DNA from: Phycisphaerales bacterium
Lineage (GTDB): Bacteria > Planctomycetota > Phycisphaerae > WQYP01
DNA: 64,000 nucleotides
Assembly (NCBI GenBank): GCA_027451365.1
Contig: DAIDJN010000056.1
Span: 64,001 to 128,000 of the forward strand
Direction of reading: 5' to 3'
The position numbers and the translations under genes were made by a program. The notes beneath the pieces were generated by a model that did no database searches, was not told the DNA's origin, and was given only the letters and a program-made list of their open reading frames with translations. This document shows, piece by piece, positions 18,286 to 28,213 of the stretch. The stretch's first letter is position 1, and the number at the start of each line of letters is the position of its first letter.

Positions 18286-19680
18286 TCACCACGATTGTTG
18301 AACAATGACGGTTTGGGGAATAAAGTTGGCCGACCAGTTCAACTGCCAAAGCTGCGCCAGCGGAACTGTGTGTGCCGAGCCGTCGGTATTCACCACATTG
18401 ACCTGATTCAAGTGCCGGTTCACACAGAATATTCCCATATCGTCTGTGTTCGCAAGTGTGAAATTGCCCAGATTCAGATTTTGTGGAACGGTATCGGTCC
18501 ATTGGGGTGTGGCGTCTACCCAGATCGCATCGGCAAACAGCGGCTGGCCGGGCTGCATTTTTCCCTGATTGGCGCGCGGATCGAAAGACGGCGTTGGTCC
18601 TTGAATGATGGTTCCATTGCCTCGGTCCGTGAATGTGCCATTGGTCACAACCATTCCATGCAAATAATAACCGTCGTTAAAGCTGACACTTCCGGCCGCA
18701 TAGATAGATCCGTTGATACTGGTTTGCCCGTGGAATTGTACGCTGCCCAGGCAAACAATATTCATGTTGACACTTCCGCCTACATGGATGGATGGAAATT
18801 GGCCGGTCACGTCCACATTGCCGGTGACCAGCAGGGTGCCCGATCCGGTAACGGTCATCTGTCCACTGGGCGAGAAATTTCCGTTAATGATTTGCACCGG
18901 ATGGGTTGAAAAATCGAGGTTACCACTTGATGCAGGCCAGGGTTGGCTCGTTGCCTCAATCTGGGCAAACATCGTCGCCACATCAGGCGGGCTTAATCCT
19001 TGGACATTCTGGGAAACGGTTCCGGTAATTCCGGTGTTCCCGTCGGTCGTCACGGTTCCGCCTGCAAGAACATTCCCCTGAACCGTTGAACTTCCGATAC
19101 CTGTGATGTTGCTAGCCGAAATAACATTCCCCGTAAAGCTGTCAGTGCCTCCGATCGCCGCTGTTCCCATTGCCGCCAAGGCACCGCAATTGGACGCTGC
19201 GCTGACATTGTTGTTGAGTCCATAACTGGCCATCGCATTGGCCAGCCACGGATAACCGGGCGAATAGGGCGGTCCAGACATATTGATAGGTCCCCAAGCC
19301 AGAGTGGCTGTGCCCACCCCGCCGGAGGGTGTCGCCGCGTCGGGACAAATTAGTGTCTCGGGGTCATTATTGTAGTAGGACCTTAGTTCGTTAATCCATG
19401 TGCCATTGACGGTGAAACTATCGGATGGCATCGCTCCATGATTTCGCACCGCGTACTCGTTGGCCGCCAGACCAAGTTGATGCAAATTGGACAGGCAGTC
19501 CGCAATCCGCGACAGTTCCCGGGCGCGGGACAAGGATCCGATTATCAGACTCATCAGGATCACCATCGTGGCCATTACCACCAGCACCTCGCTCAAACTA
19601 AAGCCGTTTCGGCCCCGGGCCTTGCAATTTTCATGCTGCCACGGGATATGAAACCTTTTGCATGCAGAAAGTAGAAACAT
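18286..19680 (-). CDS. Prepilin-type N-terminal cleavage/methylation protein with H-X9-DG motif and large beta-rich insertion
   Basis: G|FSLSEVLVV, ARE...CLSNLHQLG, LICP, SYGLN, PLFAD, RHLNQVNVVNTDG (exact H-X9-DG). Start codon uncertain. Confidence 0.85.
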   Translation of the reverse strand: MFLLSACKRFHIPWQHENCKARGRNGFSLSEVLVVMATMVILMSLIIGSLSRARELSRIADCLSNLHQLGLAANEYAVRNHGAMPSDSFTVNGTWINELRSYYNNDPETLICPDAATPSGGVGTATLAWGPINMSGPPYSPGYPWLANAMASYGLNNNVSAASNCGALAAMGTAAIGGTDSFTGNVISASNITGIGSSTVQGNVLAGGTVTTDGNTGITGTVSQNVQGLSPPDVATMFAQIEATSQPWPASSGNLDFSTHPVQIINGNFSPSGQMTVTGSGTLLVTGNVDVTGQFPSIHVGGSVNMNIVCLGSVQFHGQTSINGSIYAAGSVSFNDGYYLHGMVVTNGTFTDRGNGTIIQGPTPSFDPRANQGKMQPGQPLFADAIWVDATPQWTDTVPQNLNLGNFTLANTDDMGIFCVNRHLNQVNVVNTDGSAHTVPLAQLWQLNWSANFIPQTVIVQQSW

Positions 19681-20183
19681 GTGAGGACTCCTGTTCTGGC
19701 GGCCTTAAAATAAATACCGCATCTCTTGGCCGAGCAGTCGAACCTCGTCTCCCAGGCCATCATGTACGGATTTACCGGACTGTCTGCCGAGACATTGCCG
19801 TGGTTGTTTCCGCAATGCGCCTATTCCAGTATTCGGTTGACCGGACTTTTCCGATAAGCCATTTCCGCCGAATTTCCCCTGATCGGTGGTTGCCGGAATC
19901 AGCGTCTTAAAAAACTGGTGCCAGCAGACTGCGCTGGCAATGGATGTGGTTATCCGACGCCGGAACTCCGGCTGTTCAGGCAGGTACGATAATGCCGCGC
20001 GTCGATCGGTCTCACCCGGTTTGGCGAGCGCCTTTATCCCGCAGCCGCCTGATGGGACCATTATAGTGGATTCCAGACACGCCGTTTCGCGGAAAGTTCC
20101 GGGCCGATAGCGGTTCGCCCATCGTGCAGTGCTTCAAGATTATCTGATCTTCCGCGCATGTAGGCTGGCGAGGGATTATGGAT

Positions 20184-21698
20184 TTACCTTCGCGCCCAAA
20201 CCGTAAAATAATTGCCCTTCCACACTTTTTTGAATTCAGCTTTTTCCCGCGCCAGTGCCGGATTGTTCCATACATTCTTACTGCCATAGGCATTCCAGGT
20301 TACCACACGCCGAGCCAGAAGAATTTCATGGCCAATGCGGCCAATCTCTAGTGGCGTGGGAATGCCCGGCTCTGGAAACCAGCTTTGCGGCATGTGCCAG
20401 TTGTGTGGCATCCAAAGTAGAAAACCATTGGAAAGCACCAGCGTCGTTTTGCCTTGTGTCGCTTTTTGCACCGCCTGCCAGTCCTGATATTGAATGGGGA
20501 AAATCCACAATCCGCCAGTTTGCTGATTGTGGCGTTTGCCCGTCCAACTCCAGACGGAAAGCACTGCATGGGTGCTTTGGCTTAAAACCGCCAGCGCGCA
20601 CAATGCCACCAGCCAGCGTCGGTTTATTTTGACCGTCGCCAGCCACGCGGCCAAAAAAAGAGTCGGCAGGTACGCATAATATTCCCAGCTTTTCACCCAG
20701 CCATAAAAGCCCAACAGGAACGCCAGCAGCATCAGGCCCATGCTGATGCATGTTTCAGTGCGGCAATCCGCCAGGCCGCGGCGAAGCCGCGGCAAAAGTC
20801 GCAGGGTCAACAGTATGGTGAATCCCGCACACAGCAGCCAGATGCCCGCCGGAGTAATCAGGTAATATGCCGCGCTATGTCTGAATGGAGACCAGAAATC
20901 AATGCCGCTGCCCAGCAGGAATCCAAAATGAGTGTCGTGATAGGTCTTCATGCCTGTCAGCGGCAATATCGTCAGCACCAGTGACCGAACTCCGAAAACG
21001 CTGGCCGTCAGTATGCTCATGGCCACGCCAACCGCCATGGCTGGCCAGGTTTCTTTCCATAAAAGCGCCACGCCGCCCCGTTTGCGCAGCACATCCCACA
21101 AGGTAAAAATCACTAGAAACAGGCCATATACATACCCCATGCTCGGCTTTACAAACAGGCATGCTGTGCAAATGGCCAGCGCCCGTCGGCGCCTTCCGGC
21201 CGCCTGTTCGCCAATCGCCCACAGCAGCAGCAACGCCTCCAGCGGATGGGTAAGCGTTAAATAGCAAGGCATTATCGCCACCGGCAACGCACAAATCAGG
21301 AAAATCCGCGGCCAGGATTCCAGCTTCATGGCGGCCGCAAATCGGGCGATGGCCATTCCCATCAGTAATTCCAGAAAGGCCGTCATAGCCAGAAAAGCCC
21401 ATGCGCTTCTGCCCAGAATGGCAAAGCCGATATGGGCAAATATCAGCGTGGCCAGGCCATGGGTATAACCAAAATCTATGGCCGGTTTCAGACCGGCGGA
21501 AATCAGTACATCTCCCTTCAGTGCGGTGCCCGGATCATAAAAACTGAAAAACGCCCAATCCGCCAGTCGCGGAAGTTGGATCAGCATCAATCCAATAAGA
21601 ATCCCGCCGTAGATGAATCCCCAGCGCACCGAGTATCGGCTTGCCGGCGCATCGGCAGTCTCTGATGAAGACGGGTCATGCGGATGGGTGTCGCTCAT
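20184..21698 (-). CDS. Polytopic membrane protein (possibly GT-C fold glycosyltransferase-like)
   Basis: About 10-12 hydrophobic segments, a loop D..DFGYTHG after TM1 and a soluble C terminus. Function is a guess. Confidence 0.65.
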   Translation of the reverse strand: MSDTHPHDPSSSETADAPASRYSVRWGFIYGGILIGLMLIQLPRLADWAFFSFYDPGTALKGDVLISAGLKPAIDFGYTHGLATLIFAHIGFAILGRSAWAFLAMTAFLELLMGMAIARFAAAMKLESWPRIFLICALPVAIMPCYLTLTHPLEALLLLWAIGEQAAGRRRRALAICTACLFVKPSMGYVYGLFLVIFTLWDVLRKRGGVALLWKETWPAMAVGVAMSILTASVFGVRSLVLTILPLTGMKTYHDTHFGFLLGSGIDFWSPFRHSAAYYLITPAGIWLLCAGFTILLTLRLLPRLRRGLADCRTETCISMGLMLLAFLLGFYGWVKSWEYYAYLPTLFLAAWLATVKINRRWLVALCALAVLSQSTHAVLSVWSWTGKRHNQQTGGLWIFPIQYQDWQAVQKATQGKTTLVLSNGFLLWMPHNWHMPQSWFPEPGIPTPLEIGRIGHEILLARRVVTWNAYGSKNVWNNPALAREKAEFKKVWKGNYFTVWARR

Positions 21699-21832
21699 GC
21701 GGCGGATTGTACTGGATTGCCGGCTCCGGCAGAACCATCAAAAAATTGGATGGGTTTGCGCAAATCGTGGCGACTTTCGATAAACGTCAGAGCATATTGC
21801 GCCCGGTTAAGTTGTAATTATTTGAAACGCCG

Positions 21833-22678
21833 CTAATCCGCGGAACCAATTGTAAAGAGCCGCAGATATTGTTCAAATCGATAGCACCGATTCCGACGCT
21901 GGCCCGTAAATTCAATCAGCAACCCCGATAATTCGAACAATTTTATGATTTGATTCGCTGAGGTAAACGAGCATTTCAATCCCGTTTGGACCGTTGCAAC
22001 ACTGATAATCGGCTTTTCAAAAATCAGGTCGAGTACGCGATACGCGGCCTTTGAATTCGAAGCATTTGCCAACTGCTGGCGGGTCGATTCGCGCAAGTCG
22101 ACTATTTGTTTTGCCGTTGCGGCGGCCGATTCGCTTACTTCGGCCACCCCGCGCAGGAAAAAGCGCAGCCAGCCCTCCCAATCTCCGTTAGTCCGTATGG
22201 CCATGAGCCGATCATAGTATTCGGTGCGGTGCCTTTTGAGATAAACGGACAGATATAGAAGCGGCCGCTTGAGAATTTTTCGCTCACATAGAAAAAGCGT
22301 TATAATCAGCCTTCCCACGCGCCCATTGCCGTCCAAAAATGGATGAATGGTTTCAAACTGCCCATGTGCCAGGCCAATTTGAACAAGCGACGGCAACACA
22401 TCACGCTGATTCATGAATTTCCTTGATCAGTCGTGCGGACAGAGGAAGACCGTCGAGTCTTTTGATGCCAAAAATAAATCCGGATTTGGCAGAATTGAGG
22501 CCACGCCGTCAAGTCGGCCAAGCCCTTGGTCCGCCTTGGACAACAATTGGGATAGATCACCCTAAAGGTCAATCGGCGGTGATGGGGGGAGTTCCGCCGG
22601 AATAACGGCGCTATAGCCATTTAACTGTCGGACAAATGCTCCGGCTCTTCGCGAATGATCGGGCTGGGCATTCGTCAT
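21833..22678 (-). pseudogene. Fic family protein, disrupted
   Basis: From ATG 22678 the frame reads MTNAQPDHSRRAGAFVRQLNGYSAVIPAELPPSPPIDL*GDLSQLLSKADQGLGRLDG...LPNPDLFLA, with an in-frame TAG at 22562-22564. A shifted fragment GIKRLDGLPLSARLIKEIH follows, then the ORF carrying HPFLDGNGRVGR. Confidence 0.88.
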
Positions 22679-22687
22679 CCAAAATCC

Positions 22688-22764
22688 TTATTTCAAATTA
22701 TTGAAATAAAACCCTTGGCAGCCATTTGTTATTTCAAATAATCGCATAAAAATGAAATAACAAA
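22688..22764. promoter_or_regulatory. Two related inverted repeats upstream of the fic pseudogene
   Basis: TTATTTCAA-ATTA-TTGAAATAA (22688-22709) and TTTGTTATTTCA-16 nt-TGAAATAACAAA (22725-22764). Confidence 0.6.
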
Positions 22765-22839
22765 ACCAATCACAGCCCTATATACACTATAGCGAAAATA
22801 ATAGTCGTCAAAATATTGTTTTTGGCGATATTTAATTAT

Positions 22840-23778
22840 TTATTTTTGCAAGCAGTCAACCAGGGCTGGCAATAGATCGGGAAATTCAAACCTGAAGCCA
22901 GATTCCTGCAATCGCTGCGGAACGGCCCGGCAGCCGGTCAGTGCAAGTTCGCCATCTATGCCCATAATTGCCGACCCGATTCGCACGGCGAAAGCTGGCG
23001 CTGGCGGCGACCACGGGCGATGCAGTACCTTGCGCAGTGCCGCCATGAAATCTCGATTGGTTGCCGGCGTTGGCGCGGTTCCGTTATAGGTGTTTGTGGC
23101 ATCGGCGTGATCGGCAAGCCATTCCACCATTCGCACAATATCTCGCAGATGAACCCAACTCATCCATTGGCGGCCGCTGCCCACCGCACCGCCCAGGCCG
23201 GCGCGGGTCAATTTCGCCACCGGTGTCAGCATGCCGCCCTGTGGTGCCAGTACCAGGCCGATGCGCAAAATTGCCAGTCGTGTGCCGGGAATTGCGGCAG
23301 AATGAAGTGCCGCTTCCCATGCCGTGCAGGTTTCCGCCAGAAAACCGGTGCCCGCCGGGAATTGTTCGGTACAAATGGTATCGCCAGAATTCCCATAAAA
23401 TCCGGTTGCACTGGCCTGAATATAGCACGCCGGCGGCACGCGCAATTGCTGTATCGCGGCGGTAATTGCGTTTACCGAATCCACACGACTTTTAAGAATG
23501 GCCCGCCGATTTTCAGGCGTGTGACGGCAACTGATGCTTTTCCCGGTCAGGTTCACCACAACCGCCGCATTTTCCAACTCGTCCGCCCATGGCCCCACAC
23601 GGACCGCATCCCATTGCAAGTCACGAATGTTGCCCGACCCGGTCGGTACCGTGCCATCGCCGATAGCCGAGCGGGTCAGTACCACGACATTCCACCCGCG
23701 ATCGACGGCGTAATACCGCGCCAGATTCCGACCGATAAGACCTGATCCACCCGCAATAATTATTTTATTTTCCGGCAT
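22840..23778 (-). CDS. TIGR01777 family NAD-dependent epimerase/SDR
   Basis: IAGGSGLIG, VVNLTG, SRVDS, ASATGFYG, LRIGLVL, GSGRQWMSWVH, GFRFEFP. Confidence 0.92.
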   Translation of the reverse strand: MPENKIIIAGGSGLIGRNLARYYAVDRGWNVVVLTRSAIGDGTVPTGSGNIRDLQWDAVRVGPWADELENAAVVVNLTGKSISCRHTPENRRAILKSRVDSVNAITAAIQQLRVPPACYIQASATGFYGNSGDTICTEQFPAGTGFLAETCTAWEAALHSAAIPGTRLAILRIGLVLAPQGGMLTPVAKLTRAGLGGAVGSGRQWMSWVHLRDIVRMVEWLADHADATNTYNGTAPTPATNRDFMAALRKVLHRPWSPPAPAFAVRIGSAIMGIDGELALTGCRAVPQRLQESGFRFEFPDLLPALVDCLQK

Positions 23779-23879
23779 TTTGCCACCTTTCAGAAGTATT
23801 CCAGAGGCATTATATGCTGAAAAAACAGAGAGGCCGCCGTGACCGCGGCCCGTGCCGGACGGGCGTATGTGAAGAATCC

Positions 23880-24893
23880 CTAAAAATGCACCCCAAAGCC
23901 GGTGAAACCCACCACAATATTCCGATGGCCGCCGGTGCCGATAAATTGCGAAGTGCGAATCAGCGAATGAGCCAGCAGGCTGTAATACTGAAAGCCCGCG
24001 TCAAAATGCCACGCGCCGAATTTCCGCGGAATAAATGTCAGCGGGAATGTTGCCGTCAGACCCGTGGTGAAAACACCCGCATGGCTCAGTCCGCCCCAGA
24101 AATCCGGCGGCCCAACCGTCACCCAGGTTGGCATCGTCAGCGTAACGGCCACCCCCGCCGGCTTTAAATGCGCTGTGGGCGAAAGCCCCAGCAGCAGGTA
24201 GTCGTCATGTCGGGCAAATCGCATATCCATAAATGGATGAATCGAAACGGGCTTAAGCCATCGGCTGTCGTCCAGCGCCAGGCCGATCTGCGTCTGGTCA
24301 ATGGTCTGGAAATTATTATAGACGCTGTAAAATTCCTTGTATTTTACATTGCCAACCAGACAATTCAGAAACCGGACATACACACCGGCAAATGGTTCAA
24401 GTTCATTCACGCCGTCGATATATGGCTTCTGCTGAGTCTGCCCGTTGATATAGGTGATTAATCCCGCGGCAAGGTAAATGCGATTGATCGGCGCGCGGCT
24501 GCCGCCACGATACAGGTCAAAATCGGCGGCCAGCGTCTGACCAATGGTGATGCCCTTATCCGCAATGACCAGCCCGTAAGGCGTCACGTGCGCGCTTTTG
24601 AACCATGAGGCGTAAATTGGATGGAAAAAGGATGGAAATAAATTGTTGCCAGAATCCGTCGGTGCGAACTGCGAATCCAGATCGGGTGTCGGGCTGCCCG
24701 CGGGCACGGAAAGCCGCGGGAGTAAATCATCGGAAAACGGGCACGGTGAATCTTCCAAAACCAGCTTGCCGGCCGGTGCGGGCGCAAACGCATGATCGAC
24801 CGGCGGTGGAGTGTCGGCAAAAAGCGGCACGGAAGTCAGGCAGAGTACGGCCAAGGCGGCCCATAGCGTCACTGGCGAGGTGTGATTTTTCAT
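23880..24893 (-). CDS. Putative outer-membrane beta-barrel protein
   Basis: Signal peptide, amphipathic beta-strand pattern and C-terminal beta signal VGFTGFGVHF. Confidence 0.65.
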   Translation of the reverse strand: MKNHTSPVTLWAALAVLCLTSVPLFADTPPPVDHAFAPAPAGKLVLEDSPCPFSDDLLPRLSVPAGSPTPDLDSQFAPTDSGNNLFPSFFHPIYASWFKSAHVTPYGLVIADKGITIGQTLAADFDLYRGGSRAPINRIYLAAGLITYINGQTQQKPYIDGVNELEPFAGVYVRFLNCLVGNVKYKEFYSVYNNFQTIDQTQIGLALDDSRWLKPVSIHPFMDMRFARHDDYLLLGLSPTAHLKPAGVAVTLTMPTWVTVGPPDFWGGLSHAGVFTTGLTATFPLTFIPRKFGAWHFDAGFQYYSLLAHSLIRTSQFIGTGGHRNIVVGFTGFGVHF

Positions 24894-24968
24894 GCGAGCA
24901 TTGTAATGGCTGCTCGTTCAAGAGCAATTCGCGTCTGCCTTCAACACCCCGGAAAGCGACTGACTTCC

Positions 24969-26021
24969 TTAAATTGACGTGGTTTGCCAGCCATGTTCGG
25001 CAATCGATTCCATGATGCGGGTGGCCACATCCACGGCGAAGCAGCCATCTTCGCCGGTGACCGGTGGCTGGCTTCCGGTGCGCACGGCGTGAATGAAGGA
25101 TTCGATTTCCAGCTTCAACGGTTCGTTGTCATGTACCTGCAACTGTTCGTAATTCACCAGTTCGGTGTAATTCAAATCCGTGAGTTCGGCCACTTCGCCG
25201 GCGGCCACTTTCTGCTGCACCAAGGCAAGCTGTTCCTGATTGGCCGTGCGGCGAATAATCACGCCGGCCTTTTTGTGGTAATCCACGCTCACATACGCGG
25301 TGGGTGAAAACAGCCGCATTTTACGTTCAGTTTTCAGGGCCAGACGTGAGGCCGTCAGGTTGGCAACGCAGCCATTGGCGAACACGATGCGGGCGTTGGC
25401 GACATCCTCAAATTTACCAATCACATTGACGCCGACCGCCGCGACCGATTTTACGGGCGAGCGGACAAAATGGTGGACAATATCAATATCGTGAATCATC
25501 AAATCCAACACCACGCCGACATCAATGCTGCGGAAAGTCATCGGACTGATGCGATGGACCTCCACAAATTGCGGGGCAAGCTTATGGGCATTCAGCGCCT
25601 GAACCACCGGGTTGAAGCGTTCTGAATGGCCGACCTGCAGCACGCAGCCATGTGCCGCCGCCAGATTTACAATGGCTCGCGCATCTTCCAGGGTGGGTGC
25701 CAGTGGCTTTTCAATAAGCAGGCTCACACCGTGCGGCAGCAGGCTTTGGGCCAGCGCGCGGTGGTGGATGGTGGGCGCGGCGATGGTAACGGCAACCGGT
25801 GCGACCGGACCGGCCAGCAGTTCAGCGATGGTGGAAAATGCGGAGCAATTAAAATCGAGTGCCAGTTGTCTGGCCCGCGCGATATCCGGATCCACAATGC
25901 CGACCAGCCGCACATCTGGCATGCCGGAATAAATGCGGGCATGGTGGCGTCCCATGCGGCCGGCACCGGCCAGAGCAACGGTTATCAGGCCATCTTTTTC
26001 GGGTAGTCTGGTCATTGCCAC
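24969..26021 (-). CDS. Gfo/Idh/MocA oxidoreductase, GnnA-like (UDP-GlcNAc 3-dehydrogenase)
   Basis: GAGRMG, IEKPLA, GHSERFNP, DVGVVLDLMIHDID, TASR; directly downstream of lpxA. Confidence 0.85.
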   Translation of the reverse strand: MAMTRLPEKDGLITVALAGAGRMGRHHARIYSGMPDVRLVGIVDPDIARARQLALDFNCSAFSTIAELLAGPVAPVAVTIAAPTIHHRALAQSLLPHGVSLLIEKPLAPTLEDARAIVNLAAAHGCVLQVGHSERFNPVVQALNAHKLAPQFVEVHRISPMTFRSIDVGVVLDLMIHDIDIVHHFVRSPVKSVAAVGVNVIGKFEDVANARIVFANGCVANLTASRLALKTERKMRLFSPTAYVSVDYHKKAGVIIRRTANQEQLALVQQKVAAGEVAELTDLNYTELVNYEQLQVHDNEPLKLEIESFIHAVRTGSQPPVTGEDGCFAVDVATRIMESIAEHGWQTTSI

Positions 26022-26039
26022 ATTCCATTTCGCGATGCT

Positions 26040-26879
26040 TTAATTCTCATTGCCCGAGTCTTCTCCGTCGGGGGCCATTTTACCGCGGAGGGACTCGCGG
26101 TAGCGTCCAAATTTACCTTCGCCGGTTCGCTGGATAAAGCGAAGCAGCAGATGAATTTCCTCGGCGTCGGGATACATCTGAACCAGCTTCTGGGCCTGCT
26201 GGGCCAGCGGCGCGGCGTCTTTATAAAGCAGACGCCACGCGGTTTTAAGGCGGTTCACCTGGTCTTCGCCGCAACCCTTGCGGCGCATGCCGACGCGGTT
26301 AAATCCGCGAACTTCTGCGGGCTGGCCGTTGACCATCATAAAGGGGGGCACATCATGCACCACGGCGGAAATGCCGCCGATGAAGGAATATTGTCCCACG
26401 GTAACGAAATGGTGCAGAGCCGCACCGCCGGAAATAACGCAGCCATCCTCCAGCACAACGTGGCCGGCCAGCAGAACATTGTTGGCCAGAATGCAGCCAT
26501 TGGCGACCAGGCAGTCATGGGCCACATGTGCGCCAACCATCAGCAGATTGTCATTGCCGATGCGGGTTTCCCCGCCGCCATCTTCCGTGCCGATGTGGAC
26601 GGTGCAGTTTTCGCGGAAACGGTTGTTGGCACCGATCATGACGCGGCAATTCCCGCCGCGGTATTTAAGGTCCTGGGAAACGCAACCGATGCTGGAATGG
26701 GGAAAAAATTCATTGCCTTCTCCGGCGGTGGTGTGCCCTTCAATGGACGCGTGGTGATGCACCTGACAGCCGGGGCCAAGGGTGACGTTGGGCCCAATAT
26801 AGGCAAACGGTCCCACGACCACGTCCGCGGCCAGCGCGGCGCCTTTTTCAACGAGTGCCATGGGATGTATCTGTGGCAT
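26040..26879 (-). CDS. lpxA: Acyl-ACP--UDP-N-acetylglucosamine O-acyltransferase
   Basis: IHPMALV, QDLKY, RENCTVH, AHVAHDC, LAGHV, hexapeptide repeats. Confidence 0.96.
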   Translation of the reverse strand: MPQIHPMALVEKGAALAADVVVGPFAYIGPNVTLGPGCQVHHHASIEGHTTAGEGNEFFPHSSIGCVSQDLKYRGGNCRVMIGANNRFRENCTVHIGTEDGGGETRIGNDNLLMVGAHVAHDCLVANGCILANNVLLAGHVVLEDGCVISGGAALHHFVTVGQYSFIGGISAVVHDVPPFMMVNGQPAEVRGFNRVGMRRKGCGEDQVNRLKTAWRLLYKDAAPLAQQAQKLVQMYPDAEEIHLLLRFIQRTGEGKFGRYRESLRGKMAPDGEDSGNEN

Positions 26880-26905
26880 AAACCTTTCTCAAAATGGATG
26901 CGGCG

Positions 26906-28213
26906 CTAGGCGGGTTCATCCACCAGCATGAACTTGATAATGGCTTCAGCGGCCAGTTGATCGCCAACCATGGCGCGGCAGCGGACATGACCGGTTCGCG
27001 CTTTGACGCGAATATTTTCCGCCTCCAGAATCAGTTGATCACCGGGAGTTACAGCGCGGCGCAACTTCACTTTATCCATGGAAAGCAACAGCGGCGTTTT
27101 GCCGGAATGTTCCAGTTTGCGCGACATCAGCAGGCCGGAAAGCTGGGCCATCGCTTCGACAATAAGCACGCCGGGCATGACCGGCATTCCAGGATAATGG
27201 CCCTGAAAAAATGGTTCATTCATCGTCACATTTTTTATACCCACGGCGCGCCGGTCGCCATCAAGTTCTATCACGCGGTCCACCAGCAGCATCGGAAAGC
27301 GATGGGGCAGCACCTTGGAAATCTGGCGGCTGTCCATGACCGGTTCGGCAATGCTTTGCACGCGCCGCCGCTGGGCCAGAAGCATGGAACCAAGTTTGCG
27401 CACCAGCGCATGATTGAGCGAATGACCGGATTTGTAAGCGATTATTTTTCCGCGAACGGTGCAACCCAGCAGATACAGATCGCCAATCAGGTCCAGAATT
27501 TTGTGTCGCACGCATTCATCGGGGAACCGGTAGGTTGTGCCCAGGGGGCCACTCTGATCCAGAACCAGCACATCTCCCGGTTGAAGGTGCAGGCCCAGAC
27601 CGCGCTGCCGGAGCATTTCAGCTTCCTGCTTCAGCACAAAGGTTCGGCACGGGGCAATTTGCTGCGCAAAATCCGGGCCAAGGGTATAGGAAAACAACTG
27701 GTGCCCCACGGGTGTTCCCGGGCCGTAGTCCAGGTCGTAAATGATCTGAAAATCGTCCGTGTCGGATGGAGACGCGATCAGCGTGGCCCCGGCGTCCGAC
27801 ACTTCCACGGGTTCGCTTATACGGAGAAACTGTTTCTCCGCTGCCTGCTCGGTAAAGCCGGCGGCCTGCAGGGTTTCCACATAAGGCAGGCACGAGCCAT
27901 CCACGCCAGGCAATTCACCGCCGGCGATATTGATTTCCAGGTTGTCCAGTCCCAGGCCATGAATGGCGGACATACAATGTTCAATCGTTTCAATGGAATC
28001 CGCGCCGTGACGCAGGGTGCTGCGGCGGGATCGCTTTGTGATATGTTCAACGAGCGCCGGAATGCGAACGGGGCGCCCCAGGTCGGTGCGGACAAACACA
28101 ATGCCATGTCCCGCGGGGGCGGGTTTGAATGTAACTGTGGATGATTCACCGGTAAAAAGCCCGCGTCCGGCGATGGTTGCCTCATGGCTGATCGTTTTTT
28201 GTGCTGGATTCAA
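26906..28213 (-). CDS. lpxC-fabZ: Bifunctional LpxC deacetylase / FabZ dehydratase
   Basis: Lpx[27 protein letters not shown]. Fab[34 protein letters not shown]. Confidence 0.96.
   Translation of the reverse strand: MNPAQKTISHEATIAGRGLFTGESSTVTFKPAPAGHGIVFVRTDLGRPVRIPALVEHITKRSRRSTLRHGADSIETIEHCMSAIHGLGLDNLEINIAGGELPGVDGSCLPYVETLQAAGFTEQAAEKQFLRISEPVEVSDAGATLIASPSDTDDFQIIYDLDYGPGTPVGHQLFSYTLGPDFAQQIAPCRTFVLKQEAEMLRQRGLGLHLQPGDVLVLDQSGPLGTTYRFPDECVRHKILDLIGDLYLLGCTVRGKIIAYKSGHSLNHALVRKLGSMLLAQRRRVQSIAEPVMDSRQISKVLPHRFPMLLVDRVIELDGDRRAVGIKNVTMNEPFFQGHYPGMPVMPGVLIVEAMAQLSGLLMSRKLEHSGKTPLLLSMDKVKLRRAVTPGDQLILEAENIRVKARTGHVRCRAMVGDQLAAEAIIKFMLVDEPA

Noticed and set aside
19940..20065. Possible c-di-GMP-I riboswitch in the leader of the prepilin gene (GCCAAACCGG...GACGC...ACAGCCGG after a TATAAT)
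   Set aside because: The GNRA-capped first stem and the GCAAAG junction do not match. The resemblance is too loose without an Infernal search.
22562..22564. TAG readthrough (pyrrolysine or recoding) in the fic gene
   Set aside because: The same gene also has frameshifting deletions and other genes end in TAG normally, so decay is the simpler explanation.
26894..28144. 416-aa plus-strand ORF and similar long antisense ORFs over lpxA, lpxD, ppdK and the copper oxidase
   Set aside because: Antisense to well-supported genes, as expected from GC-rich codon bias.
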